This document shows positions 1 to 8,812 of a stretch of DNA of 64,000 nucleotides, piece after piece. The position numbers were made by a program, and so were the translations under genes. Source of the stretch: Candidatus Anstonellales archaeon (GTDB taxonomy: Archaea; Micrarchaeota; Micrarchaeia; Anstonellales; J096). Under the pieces are notes generated by a model. The model ran no database searches. It was not told the origin of the DNA and was given only the letters and a program-made list of their open reading frames with translations. The DNA is taken from NCBI GenBank assembly GCA_038890745.1, contig JAWAFD010000002.1:160001-224000 (forward strand), written 5' to 3'. Each line of letters opens with the position of its first letter. The stretch's first letter is position 1.

Positions 1-225
1 TGAAAGAAGGATGTTCGTTCCTTCAGCAACAGCGGTTAGGTTTTTTGGCGGCTCTATCCCTACCAAGGTTGATGCAACAACAGCGCTTATCCCCCCAATA
101 ATAAGCAAAATTGCAATCGCAGCCAAAATCAAAAGTATTCTATTGTCTTCTCCTAAATCCGGCCTAGCCGCAGGCCCTTCTCTAATAGGTGCGCTATACT
201 CTGGCGCACTAGGAACTATATCCAT
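1..225 (-). CDS. Membrane-anchored surface protein, probable fibronectin type III domain (partial, runs off window start)
   Basis: Not in ORF track; manual translation MDIVPSAPEY...ILLILAAIAILLIIGGISAVVASTLVGIEPPKNLTAVAEGTNILLS; GGTGA SD upstream; TM helix then FN3-like PPxNLTA start. Confidence 0.6.
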   Translation of the reverse strand, partial: MDIVPSAPEYSAPIREGPAARPDLGEDNRILLILAAIAILLIIGGISAVVASTLVGIEPPKNLTAVAEGTNILLS

Positions 226-351
226 AATGCTCACCCCAAAAACTTATCATGTTATTCAATTAGTTTATGTATGGTAACATTTAAAAATCCTTCTTTTACC
301 GCTGATCGCCATAACAAAAGCTTATTAAATTGTTTTTCCCATCTCATGCAT

Positions 352-1083
352 ATGAAAGCAGAAATAAGAGATATTGAAGGGAAAAAATACCTTCTCCTTC
401 CCAGTGAAATCTCATCGCAAGAGCTAGAAATATTCAAATTAAAAGATGGTTTCTACCTCCTTACATTTCCTCTTGAACAGCCGAAGAAAGAGCCGGAAGA
501 AAAACTCTCAGAAGAGGAAAAACAGCTTCTCATAGACATATCCATGATAAGGTTTGAGCAGAGAACACTTGCGAATGTAAAGAAGATGCTTTCTAAGAAA
601 CAGCTTGACCTGCTCAAGAGTCTGATAAAAAGAGGGTACGTAAGCATTTTTAAAAAGGGGAAGTACAAGGATGTTGGCGTGCTCAATTTTACTGATGAGG
701 TTTTTGCAATGCTGAAAGAGGAGAAAAAGAAAATGCGGGAGAGCGCGGAAGCAAAAAAAGAAGAGAAGGAAAAGGCGCCGTACTCAGAAAAGCCGTTCTT
801 TATTCTTAGCAAAGATAGGCAGAATGAGATTGGCGAATTCGTCGCTAAGGGATACTTAGCAGTTATCGGAATGGACAACAAAATATATGTTGCAAGGGCA
901 AAGAATTTTTTGGCGCTTTCAAGCAAGATAAAAGAAGCGCTTAAACATGAGGAAAAAACCGTTGGTGAGATAGCAAGGGAGCTGGGCGAAGACAGCGAGG
1001 CAGTTGATGTTGTGCTGAAAATACTTTGGGCGCAAGGAGAGGTAATGGAAGCGAGAAAGGATGTTTTTGCATTGGTGGAATGA
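352..1083 (+). CDS. Hypothetical protein with C-terminal winged-helix-like segment
   Basis: Lys/Glu-rich ORF; TVGEIARELGED...VLKILWAQGEV resembles wHTH; start moved to MKAEIRD; stop overlaps next start. Confidence 0.65.
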   Translation: MKAEIRDIEGKKYLLLPSEISSQELEIFKLKDGFYLLTFPLEQPKKEPEEKLSEEEKQLLIDISMIRFEQRTLANVKKMLSKKQLDLLKSLIKRGYVSIFKKGKYKDVGVLNFTDEVFAMLKEEKKKMRESAEAKKEEKEKAPYSEKPFFILSKDRQNEIGEFVAKGYLAVIGMDNKIYVARAKNFLALSSKIKEALKHEEKTVGEIARELGEDSEAVDVVLKILWAQGEVMEARKDVFALVE

Positions 1084-2150
1084 TGATAAAGGACAGCATA
1101 CATGGTTTTATAGAGATCAGCGATGAGGAAGAAAAAATAATAGACGTGCCGGAATTCCAGAGATTAAGGCATGTGAGGCAGCTCGCGCTGGCGCATCTTG
1201 TATACCCGGGCGCAAACCACACGCGGTTTGAGCATTCGCTCGGAACGATGCATATCGCAGGAAAGATTGCGGAAAACCTTGGTTTAGATGTGAGAAAGGC
1301 TCGTCTCCTTGGGCTCCTGCATGATCTAGGCCATGTTGCTTTCTCGCACGAGTCCGAGCGGGTTCTTTTGAAATACCTTGGCTCGCATGAGGAGATTGGA
1401 AGAAAAATAATAGAAAGCAGCGAGATTGGCGAGGTTGTTTTTTCAAACTACTCAAAAAAAGAATTTTTCTCGGGGCCAGAGATGGAAATAATAGACCATG
1501 ATCTAGGTGCTGATAGGTTGGATTATCTTAACAGGGACTCATACTATACTGGTGTAGCATACGGTGTTATAGACGAGGGAAGGATAGTTTCCATGCTTTC
1601 TCTTGATAAAAAAAACAAAAAAATTTATTTGGAGAGGGGAGGGCTTGAGGCAGCGGAATCCATGCTGATAGCAAGGTTCATGATGTTTTTCACTGTGTAT
1701 TTTCACAAAACAGTTAGGATTGCTTCCGCGATGCTCCAGAGAGCAATAGAGCAGTCCATCTCATCCGGCGAGGTTGAGCCGAAAGATTTTATGTACTGTT
1801 TTGATGATGAGATGCTTTTCCGGCTATCGCAAAAAAACGAGTTTGCTAAGCGCATCCTCCAAAGGAAGCTGTATAAACTTGCCTATGAACTTCCATTTTC
1901 AGAAGAAAACATAAAGTTCGCGGAGCAATTTGAATCTAAAACTATAATCATAGATCTCCCCTACTCAGTTTATAAACTAAAAGGATTTGATGTAGATTTC
2001 GAAGGTAAGAAAAAGAAGATTGATGAGTGTTCGGTTCTTGTAAAAGACCTGAAAGAGGCCGAGAAATCAAAGCTCAAAATTTTTATTATATGTGAAGAAA
2101 GCAAAAGAAAAAAGGTTGCGGAAGAAATCGAGAAAGCTCTTAGAAAATAA
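1080..2150 (+). CDS. HD-domain phosphohydrolase (SAMHD1/YdhJ-like dNTP triphosphohydrolase)
   Basis: IKDSIHG, FQRLRHVRQL, HTRFEHSLG, LLHDLGH, ADRLDYLNRD, VYFHK motifs. Confidence 0.92.
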   Translation: MMIKDSIHGFIEISDEEEKIIDVPEFQRLRHVRQLALAHLVYPGANHTRFEHSLGTMHIAGKIAENLGLDVRKARLLGLLHDLGHVAFSHESERVLLKYLGSHEEIGRKIIESSEIGEVVFSNYSKKEFFSGPEMEIIDHDLGADRLDYLNRDSYYTGVAYGVIDEGRIVSMLSLDKKNKKIYLERGGLEAAESMLIARFMMFFTVYFHKTVRIASAMLQRAIEQSISSGEVEPKDFMYCFDDEMLFRLSQKNEFAKRILQRKLYKLAYELPFSEENIKFAEQFESKTIIIDLPYSVYKLKGFDVDFEGKKKKIDECSVLVKDLKEAEKSKLKIFIICEESKRKKVAEEIEKALRK

Positions 2151-2166
2151 TATACAAAATAAATAC

Positions 2167-2334
2167 TTATCCGATAATATAGTGCGCAACCTGTACAATA
2201 ACTATGAGCGCTACTGTAAAAATAACAACCATCTGCGGAGTAATGTCTATTCCGCCGGTCCTCGAAGTCGGGCTTGTACCTATTATTCCCGCCATTGTTG
2301 TTGGCATCTGGATGCTCTGTCTCTTCCAGCTCAT
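2167..2334 (-). CDS. secG: Preprotein translocase subunit Sec61beta/SecG (55 aa)
   Basis: MPTTMAGI...GGIDITPQMVVIFTVALIVIVQVAH: short soluble N-terminus, conserved Pro before one C-terminal TM helix; it is the C-terminal part of track ORF 2167..2799. Confidence 0.75.
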   Translation of the reverse strand: MSWKRQSIQMPTTMAGIIGTSPTSRTGGIDITPQMVVIFTVALIVIVQVAHYIIG

Positions 2335-2386
2335 GCTTTCATTTTGGAGCAAAAACATTAAAAAGGTTAGCGGGCAAAAATTCTTT

Positions 2387-3106
2387 ATGGATGTTGAGCT
2401 TGTTTTTTTAAAAGATCCTTCCAGATTGGGGCTAAAAAACCCAGTTCTTATCACAGGTTTTCCGGGTGCAGGACTTGTTGGAAGCATAGCAACAACCTTC
2501 CTTACTATGGGAAATGGGTTTGAGCTTATCGGGTATGGAAAAAGCGAAGGGTTTGCCCCTATCGCGGCTATACACGAATACAGGCCTTTACCTCCATTGA
2601 GAATCCTTGCATCAAAACAGCTAAACGCGGTTGTTCTTCTTTCAGAAATGACTATTCCGGTTTCCCTTAATTCAGCGATTGCAGAGAGAATAATGGAGCT
2701 CGCTGATAGAATAAAAGCAGGAATGGTGGTTTCGCTCGGTGGAATAACCTTAGGCGAGAAAGAGGATGTTGTGTATTTCATCGCCTCAACACCATCCATG
2801 GCAAGGCTTGCCCTTTCAAAAAAAGTTGGTGAGCCGATAAAGGAAGGCGCAACAACCGGTGTAACCGGTGTTCTTCTTTACTCCTCCTTTATAAAGGAGG
2901 TCGATACGATTGCGCTTCTTGCAGAGGCAAACCCAGACCTTAGCGATCCTAAAGCAAGCAGCAATGTTCTTAAGGCCCTTCAAAAGCTTCTTGGTGTGGA
3001 GATAGACACACGGGCACTTGATAAAGAGGCTAAAGAGATTGCAGAAGCGCTAAAAGAAAAGATTGTGAAATCCAAGGTCCCGGTAAAATCTTCAATGTAC
3101 GGATAG
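2387..3106 (+). CDS. PAC2-family proteasome assembly chaperone (PbaA/PbaB-like)
   Basis: LITGFPGAGLVGSIA, VVSLGG, TGVTGVLL, PDxxA-like motifs; C-terminal HbYX motif MYG. Confidence 0.9.
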   Translation: MDVELVFLKDPSRLGLKNPVLITGFPGAGLVGSIATTFLTMGNGFELIGYGKSEGFAPIAAIHEYRPLPPLRILASKQLNAVVLLSEMTIPVSLNSAIAERIMELADRIKAGMVVSLGGITLGEKEDVVYFIASTPSMARLALSKKVGEPIKEGATTGVTGVLLYSSFIKEVDTIALLAEANPDLSDPKASSNVLKALQKLLGVEIDTRALDKEAKEIAEALKEKIVKSKVPVKSSMYG

Positions 3107-3152
3107 GGTAGATTTTTAATCTGTTTTGTTTTCTAATTAAATTTGTTTACTC

Positions 3153-3407
3153 GCAGGGGTCGCCAAGCCCGGTCAAAGGCGCACGGTTGAGGGCCGTGTC
3201 TCTTAGTGGGTTCGTGGGTTCAAAAGCCCAGGGGGGCTTTAACTCTTTGTCATCCCCCCTGATGCGGTGAAACAAGTGCGACCCAAAAGTTTAGGAGGGT
3301 TGGGTCGCACCGAAGCCCTCCGGGTTGTTTCACCGCATCACGCTTCCACCCCCTATCTGTTTAGGATGTTTTGGAGGGTGGTTTGGCTGAAAATCCCACC
3401 CCCTGCA
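3153..3407 (+). tRNA. tRNA-Leu(GAG), intron-containing (exons 3153-3224 and 3394-3407)
   Basis: Acceptor GCAGGGG/CCCCTGC+A, D-arm GCC/GGC, anticodon stem CACGG/CCGTG around TT-GAG-GG, long variable arm; T-arm GTGGG-TTCAAA|T-CCCAC restored after splicing. Confidence 0.93.
3225..3393 (+). other. 169-nt non-canonical tRNA intron (position 59/60) with strict bulge-helix-bulge motif
   Basis: GTGGG/CCCAC helix, AAT bulge 3392-3394, central helix TTCA 3219-3222/TGAA 3388-3391, AAA bulge 3223-3225, GCC/GGC helix. Confidence 0.88.
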
Positions 3408-3413
3408 TTAGAC

Positions 3414-3760
3414 TAGGGGGTACTATTGCTTATCGCAGACCCCCTTACTCTACTACCCCCTTTCTTTTTCTAACCTCCTTGCTCCTAATAAGATAGGGGG
3501 TGGAAGAGGCAGGGGGTTTTAGAAATGCTTAAGTACCCCCTGGTCTCCCTTACTCTACTACCCCCCGAACCCAGGGGGGAAGTGTCCCCCCTAGGTTTGA
3601 GGCTCCTCCGTAACCCCCCTCATTTTTGCTCGTATAAGATAGGGGGGTAGAAGCGTGAGGGGGGAATAAGAATATGCTTAAGTCCCCCCTTGGCTCCTGA
3701 TAAGATAGGGGGTGGAAGAGGCAGGGGGTCTAAGAAATAGTTTAAGTACCCCCTGGTCTC
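3414..3760. repeat. Array of 50-70 bp G-string/hairpin repeat units in both orientations
   Basis: TAAGATAGGGGGTGGAAGAGGCAGGGGGT...TTAAGTACCCCCTGGTCTC at ~3479-3547 and 3691-3760, variant at 3626-3690; inverted copies at 3414-3461 and 3547-3566 (partial). Confidence 0.85.
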
Positions 3761-3805
3761 ATGCAAATTTAAAAATCCTTTATACCATATTTTTTTGGTG
3801 GTTTG

Positions 3806-4111
3806 ATGAAAATAGTTTTTGAGATAAGCAAGGAAAGGTTTAAGGATGCGAAGAAAATATTAGAGGAAAACCCATATGCCGAGGATAGTTTTGCGAAAGC
3901 CGGATATATCCTAAAGGAAGGAAAAGCACTTGGCGAAGATGAGAATTATTATGTTTACATTGATGCGAGCGAGGATTTCGTGGAGAAAGCAAAGGAAAAG
4001 CTAAAGGGTGTTGCGAAGCCAGCGGATAATAAAAAAGCAGAGAGAATAATAAAAAAGGTTGAGGATGAACAGAATTCAGCGGTGAGCGGATTCGGCTCCC
4101 TTTTCGGGTAA
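3806..4111 (+). CDS. Hypothetical protein
   Basis: Clean acidic/basic ORF with upstream TTTAAA box and GGTGG SD; ends SGFGSLFG. Confidence 0.75.
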   Translation: MKIVFEISKERFKDAKKILEENPYAEDSFAKAGYILKEGKALGEDENYYVYIDASEDFVEKAKEKLKGVAKPADNKKAERIIKKVEDEQNSAVSGFGSLFG

Positions 4112-4115
4112 TCGT

Positions 4116-4613
4116 ATGGATGGTGTGGAAAAAGAAAACAAAAAAATAGCGAGCCGAGGTATTCCATCCGAACTATCTTTCTACCTTCCTCCATACAACA
4201 GCCCTGAGCTCAGAAAGTTTGAGGATGAAAACGAAGCTCCTACCCGTAACTTATGGCATCTTGATGAGATTGTTAATTTTATTTTTCCAAAAAAATACCA
4301 GCAGACATATAACGAGGTCGCGCTTAAATTTCTCGAGCTGCTTGCAAGTAAGGTTGAGGTTGAGGGAAAGGATATCTCAGAATTTTTGAGGCAGAACAGC
4401 ATTTCAAAAGCAACATTCTACAATCGAGTTTTTCCAAAACTTAGAAAGTCAGGTTTGATAAAAGTTAGAAGGGAGACGATAACTGCAATAGAGAGCAAAA
4501 GGAAATACCGGCCTATGCATGTTTCACTCAGCAAAACATTCGGAAATTATCTTAATAAAATAGGTGAGAGCTGGCTCGCAATAGTGGATGATGCAAGAAC
4601 AAGAAAAAAATAG
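4116..4613 (+). CDS. Winged-helix DNA-binding protein
   Basis: ISEFLRQNSISKATFYNRVFPKLRKSGLIKVRRE = HTH plus wing; 4 bp after previous gene. Confidence 0.7.
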   Translation: MDGVEKENKKIASRGIPSELSFYLPPYNSPELRKFEDENEAPTRNLWHLDEIVNFIFPKKYQQTYNEVALKFLELLASKVEVEGKDISEFLRQNSISKATFYNRVFPKLRKSGLIKVRRETITAIESKRKYRPMHVSLSKTFGNYLNKIGESWLAIVDDARTRKK

Positions 4614-4637
4614 GAGTAAGATAAATACTAACTATAA

Positions 4638-6236
4638 TTATTCAAAATCAAAAATTTTTTCCCTTTCCTCTTCTTTCTCCCTTATGCTTTTCGCAATCCT
4701 TTTCACTTTCCTTTCTGCATTTTCCTTAGCTGCCTTCAAGCCCTTTGTTTTCTCCTTCTCCCTTAGCTTCGCTGCGAGCTGTTTACTTTCTTTTATCAGC
4801 TCCCTTATGCGTGCCTTTGATGCGGCTATTCTTTCATCAATGTCCTGCTCAACCATCGTTGCCTGCTCCATCTCTGTTTCAAGCTTTTCAGCCATCCTGT
4901 CCAGCTCTTCAAGATATTTCTGTAGATACTCAACTTCTGCGGCTTTTTTCACTTTCAGCATATCTGCCTCAGCACTTTTTATACTTGCCTCTATATCGCC
5001 CATCTTTGTTTCATAATCTTTTATATAATCATGTATAACCTTCTCAACATTTTTAAGCTTCTCAAGGTCTGCAACGAGCGATCCGACCTCCATCATCCTT
5101 TTGTCAATAACAACCTTTGCCCCTTCTATCTTTTCGCTTAGGACATACCTTATCTCATTCAATTTTACAAGAAGCTCATTTGCAGCATCCATCTCCATCA
5201 GTATTTGCGCTTCCCGCTCTTTAAGAGCCTCCAGGCTTTTTTCAAGTTCTTTTTGTTTGTCCTCTATTTTTTTCGTTTTCTTCTCCAAATCCAGAACAAT
5301 ATCCATCTGGCTTTCAAGTTCCTCTTTGGCTGCCTTAAGGTCTTTTTCAAGCGCCATCTCTACCTCCTTTATCTCATTTTTTATTTTAGTTATCTCTGCT
5401 TCTATCATCTTTACAACTGCCTTCCCCTCCTTCTTTATTCCTACAATCGCTTTTACATAAGCATCAGCTTCGCTCACCTTTTCTGGTATTGAGATGAGCT
5501 TTTCTTTGAGCGATATTATCTCCTCCTCTATTGCCATTACTTTATCTGATATGTTCTCATAAAGCGCTTCTGCTTCCTTCTGACTTTTCAGGAGCCTTGT
5601 TCGGTATATCCCCTCCTTTTCTTCTTTAAGTTTTGCAATCTCAGTTCTAAGTTTTTCAATTTCTTTGAGATAGACATCGAGCTCCTCCCTCAGAGCTTTT
5701 ATTTCCTTTTCTTCTTCAGTAGGCTCCCTCTCTACCTTTTCCTCCTCAATTTTTTCCTCCGCCTTTTCCTCCTCCACAACCTCTGGTTCAGTTGGCTCGG
5801 TTGGTGGTGCTGGCACAACAATTTTTTCTGGTTCTATTTTTGGAACAACTATCCTAACCGGTTCGATCCTTTCTACTTTCTTTTCCTCCTCTATTTTTTC
5901 TTCCTCGACTTTCTCAGCTGGCTTTGTTATTCCTTTGGCGATTTCCTCCTTTGGAACAACAATCTTTTCCTTTTTCTCTTCCATCTCAGCCATTTCAGGT
6001 TTTTCTTCAACCCTTTCCTCTGCTGTTTCAAGAAGCCATACCACATACACTTTTGTAAGTTTGTACTCGAGCTTCACAAATCCCTCTTCCTCAAGTACAT
6101 GCACCCATTTTTTCAGAGTTCTTTTATCCACGCCGGCTTCTGCTGCAAGCTCTTCCATCTCAACCCTTTTTTTCTTTGAAAGTATATTTACTATTTTATC
6201 CATTTCTGTACTTATAAGCGCATCATCAGATGGCAA
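4638..6236 (-). CDS. N-terminal wHTH, Glu/Pro-rich linker and long coiled-coil protein
   Basis: ELAAEAGVDKRTLKKWVHVLEEEGFVKLEY then ~350 aa heptad pattern; no Walker A; probable TTG start after GGTGAT SD, overlapping rpl10e. Confidence 0.8.
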   Translation of the reverse strand: MPSDDALISTEMDKIVNILSKKKRVEMEELAAEAGVDKRTLKKWVHVLEEEGFVKLEYKLTKVYVVWLLETAEERVEEKPEMAEMEEKKEKIVVPKEEIAKGITKPAEKVEEEKIEEEKKVERIEPVRIVVPKIEPEKIVVPAPPTEPTEPEVVEEEKAEEKIEEEKVEREPTEEEKEIKALREELDVYLKEIEKLRTEIAKLKEEKEGIYRTRLLKSQKEAEALYENISDKVMAIEEEIISLKEKLISIPEKVSEADAYVKAIVGIKKEGKAVVKMIEAEITKIKNEIKEVEMALEKDLKAAKEELESQMDIVLDLEKKTKKIEDKQKELEKSLEALKEREAQILMEMDAANELLVKLNEIRYVLSEKIEGAKVVIDKRMMEVGSLVADLEKLKNVEKVIHDYIKDYETKMGDIEASIKSAEADMLKVKKAAEVEYLQKYLEELDRMAEKLETEMEQATMVEQDIDERIAASKARIRELIKESKQLAAKLREKEKTKGLKAAKENAERKVKRIAKSIREKEEEREKIFDFE

Positions 6237-6759
6237 ATTTATCACCTTCTTTCACAACTATTTTGAAAGTTCCGGTGAGCTTCCTGCTCGCCCTTTTCAG
6301 TGCCTCTTTTATGAGCGGAATGTTCTCTTTGTAAGAGTACACGGTCATTATCGGCTGGCCTTTCTTAACTTTCGCAGCTTTATCCACAGGCCTTCCAAAA
6401 GAGTTTCTCATTCCCTGCTGAATTCTGTCAGCTCCTGCGCCCGCAACCATTTTGTTCTCTCTTATTATATGATGCGGGAAAACCCTTACTCTGAAGAAAT
6501 ACCTCTCCGGGATTTTTTTCTCAAGATACCCATTCGAGCTTTTCCTTGCGGCTTCGAGTGCGTTATCCCTATGGTAATACTCTTGCTCTGCTACGAGGTC
6601 TACCTGTACGTTGAAGTCATTCTGCCTTTTTCCCATCACAAAAGTGTGAATATCCTGGTGCGGAATGGCCTTTATGAAATTTTTCTTTTTTACTTTACTA
6701 TGCCTTGTCCATGGCACTTTATCTGGATCCCGTATTGTTCTTGCCGGTCTTATTCCCAT
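6226..6759 (-). CDS. rpl10e: 50S ribosomal protein uL16 (L10e)
   Basis: MGIRPAR, ALEAAR, RVFPHHIIRENKM..GAGADRIQQGMRNSFGRP signature. Confidence 0.97.
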   Translation of the reverse strand: MGIRPARTIRDPDKVPWTRHSKVKKKNFIKAIPHQDIHTFVMGKRQNDFNVQVDLVAEQEYYHRDNALEAARKSSNGYLEKKIPERYFFRVRVFPHHIIRENKMVAGAGADRIQQGMRNSFGRPVDKAAKVKKGQPIMTVYSYKENIPLIKEALKRASRKLTGTFKIVVKEGDKFAI

Positions 6760-6820
6760 ACTAGCACCTTTTTATCCATCGCCTTCCTTCTTTATTTTGT
6801 ATCAATATAATATTTAAACC

Positions 6821-7192
6821 TTACTCTGTTTCGCAGATAACAAATCCCTCAGATGTTTTCTTTATCGTAATGTTCTCTCCTTCAGCAAACGCGTTCTTTT
6901 CCATCACAACTATTCCCTTTACTGGCCTACATTCTTCTATTACAACTGCGTTCTCAAAATCAAATATACTGAAACCTTTTGATGATGCGTTGTAAACACA
7001 ATCGCCTTCGGCTTTTTCTATAGCTTTTATTTCATTTGCTCCGACGCTCGCGAAATAGCACATACCACCTCCTCCAGTATTTTCGGTTTCAACCTCGGCA
7101 CCCTTCGCAACCTTCTCAACTATCGCAACTCCTATGAGAAGAAGGACAATCGCAAAAAAAATCAAAGCAACCTGCTCGTACGCAATCTCCAT
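6821..7192 (-). CDS. Pilin-like protein (N-terminal hydrophobic helix)
   Basis: MEIAYEQVALIFFAIVLLLIGVAIV; Cys-containing small domain; last gene of pilus ATPase operon. Confidence 0.65.
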   Translation of the reverse strand: MEIAYEQVALIFFAIVLLLIGVAIVEKVAKGAEVETENTGGGGMCYFASVGANEIKAIEKAEGDCVYNASSKGFSIFDFENAVVIEECRPVKGIVVMEKNAFAEGENITIKKTSEGFVICETE

Positions 7193-7201
7193 ACAACTCC
7201 C

Positions 7202-7585
7202 TTACCGTATGATCACAGTATCATCGCTCACCCTGTACCCTATTACAATCGTTCCGCTTATCTCCCTCTCAACTTCAGTAAAGTTGAGCTTGCCGGCAGC
7301 CCTCTTTACATCGTTCACATCCGCGCCAACAACAACATAACACTCTTCAACCTCTTTTTCCGGTGTGAGCTGATGCCACCGGTTGTAGCAGCTCTGCATC
7401 AGGCCGGAAAGCCCCTCCTCCCCTATATTTCCATGTATTATTTCTACTCCTTCTTTGGTTTTGTTCTGCTCGAACTGCTCGAAGGATATTTTCGAGAAAA
7501 GGGTGTTTATCACCCCTATTATCATCGCAAGAACTATAAGCGCAATCGCAAGCCTGATTAGGCTCTCAAAAGCAAGCTCAGCCAA
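7202..7585 (-). CDS. Pilin-like protein
   Basis: MAELAFESLIRLAIALIVLAMII; C...CY motif shared with neighbours. Confidence 0.65.
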   Translation of the reverse strand: MAELAFESLIRLAIALIVLAMIIGVINTLFSKISFEQFEQNKTKEGVEIIHGNIGEEGLSGLMQSCYNRWHQLTPEKEVEECYVVVGADVNDVKRAAGKLNFTEVEREISGTIVIGYRVSDDTVIIR

Positions 7586-7979
7586 CTATCCTCACCCCTC
7601 CCTCCACCTTCTCTACTTTTATAACGCTCTTTCCATCAACGCTCGTAACATTCACCTGAAAGTTCAATCCAGCGCTTTCCAGCGCAGATCTTAGCGTTGC
7701 TTCGCTGAACCCATTTTCCTTATAAGCGACAAAACAAAGCCCGATTTCTTTTGAGTTGCAGCTTATGGCCATTGCGACAACATCCCCCTCTCCATTAACC
7801 TTTATGCTTTCCTGCTTCGGCTGGCAGGATGTTTCCCCTCCAAAAAGCCCGGCGAAAGAGGATGCCTCGCAGTACTGCTCCTCGCCCGCGCTTATTATTT
7901 TAGGTATGATGAGCAGCAGCGCCGCTAGGCTCAAAAGCGCAATCGTAATATACACAACACTCCTCAGCGCTATCTCCAT
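7578..7979 (-). CDS. Pilin-like protein
   Basis: MEIALRSVVYITIALLSLAALLLII; C...CF motif shared with neighbours. Confidence 0.65.
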   Translation of the reverse strand: MEIALRSVVYITIALLSLAALLLIIPKIISAGEEQYCEASSFAGLFGGETSCQPKQESIKVNGEGDVVAMAISCNSKEIGLCFVAYKENGFSEATLRSALESAGLNFQVNVTSVDGKSVIKVEKVEGGVRIVG

Positions 7980-8036
7980 GCTCCCACAGAATTCTTATTT
8001 TCTTTTCATTTTTAATTACAAACTTTATATTTATAT

Positions 8037-8447
8037 TCATTTTGTTTTTGTTAGCTTCTCTTTTATTTTTTCCGCGACTTTGAGAATATGGTTTAAATCC
8101 TTATACACCCTCTCAAGAATTTCTTCATCGAGCGCATGATAGCGATGTGCAACCATATTCCTAAACCCAACTGCGTTTATCATTATTTTTAAGTCTCTAT
8201 CATCAATTACCCCGATCCTTCTCATGCTCTCAAATACTTCAAAGTATGTTGAAGCATATTGAGATGGGGTTTTTGCTAAGAAGAGTTCTGCAAGTTCTAT
8301 TGTATAATTTACAACCTGAAATAATTCCATAGTTAACGCGGACGTTAAAATCTGATCAAACCTATTCTCTTTCCATTTACCATATACCTTTTTTGAGATT
8401 TCGGCGTGATATTTTATATCTTTCATTATCATATCTATTTTACTCAT
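8037..8447 (-). CDS. HEPN ribonuclease toxin (HepT/DUF86-like)
   Basis: GFRNMVAHRY = Rx4HxY motif; 4-bp overlap with upstream MNT. Confidence 0.88.
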   Translation of the reverse strand: MSKIDMIMKDIKYHAEISKKVYGKWKENRFDQILTSALTMELFQVVNYTIELAELFLAKTPSQYASTYFEVFESMRRIGVIDDRDLKIMINAVGFRNMVAHRYHALDEEILERVYKDLNHILKVAEKIKEKLTKTK

Positions 8448-8812
8448 TCTTTGGCCCCCTGAACCCGGTATAATCTTTCCATATCATGATACTCCATCAT
8501 GCTTTTTGCTATAATCTCCTGAAGTTTTTTCATGTTTCTAACAAAAACAAGCCTACCTTCTTTTATCACACTAAACTTTATCTGTGGTGGGAATTTGTTA
8601 AAGACACCAACATCGATCGTTTCATTCTTATACCCATATATTTCCAAAACATGTTCTGGGTCTGTTTTTTTAAGCACAACGGCGACGTCAACATCCGATA
8701 GAGGATGCATTTTTTTTGTTTCATATGAGCCAAAAACAAAAATGGCGAGAACATTATTTATTTTTTTGAGCCTGCTTATAATGTTTGCCAATTTTTCATC
8801 CAGCTTTTTCAT
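8444..8812 (-). CDS. Minimal nucleotidyltransferase antitoxin (MntA-like)
   Basis: FGS-x10-DVD (GSYETKKMHPLSDVD). Confidence 0.9.
   Translation of the reverse strand: MKKLDEKLANIISRLKKINNVLAIFVFGSYETKKMHPLSDVDVAVVLKKTDPEHVLEIYGYKNETIDVGVFNKFPPQIKFSVIKEGRLVFVRNMKKLQEIIAKSMMEYHDMERLYRVQGAKE

Noticed and set aside
3225..3393. Intron-encoded box C/D guide RNA
   Set aside because: CTGA at 3387-3390 is part of the BHB and no convincing RTGATGA box C is present
3225..3407. Integrated element with a duplicated tRNA 3' end (att site)
   Set aside because: The 3' tRNA segment occurs once, the junctions form an exact BHB, and there is no integrase
3414..3760. CRISPR array
   Set aside because: Units are long, degenerate, in both orientations and lack regular unique spacers; no cas genes in the window
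4638..6236. SMC/Rad50 call
   Set aside because: No Walker A/B, signature motif, hinge or zinc hook
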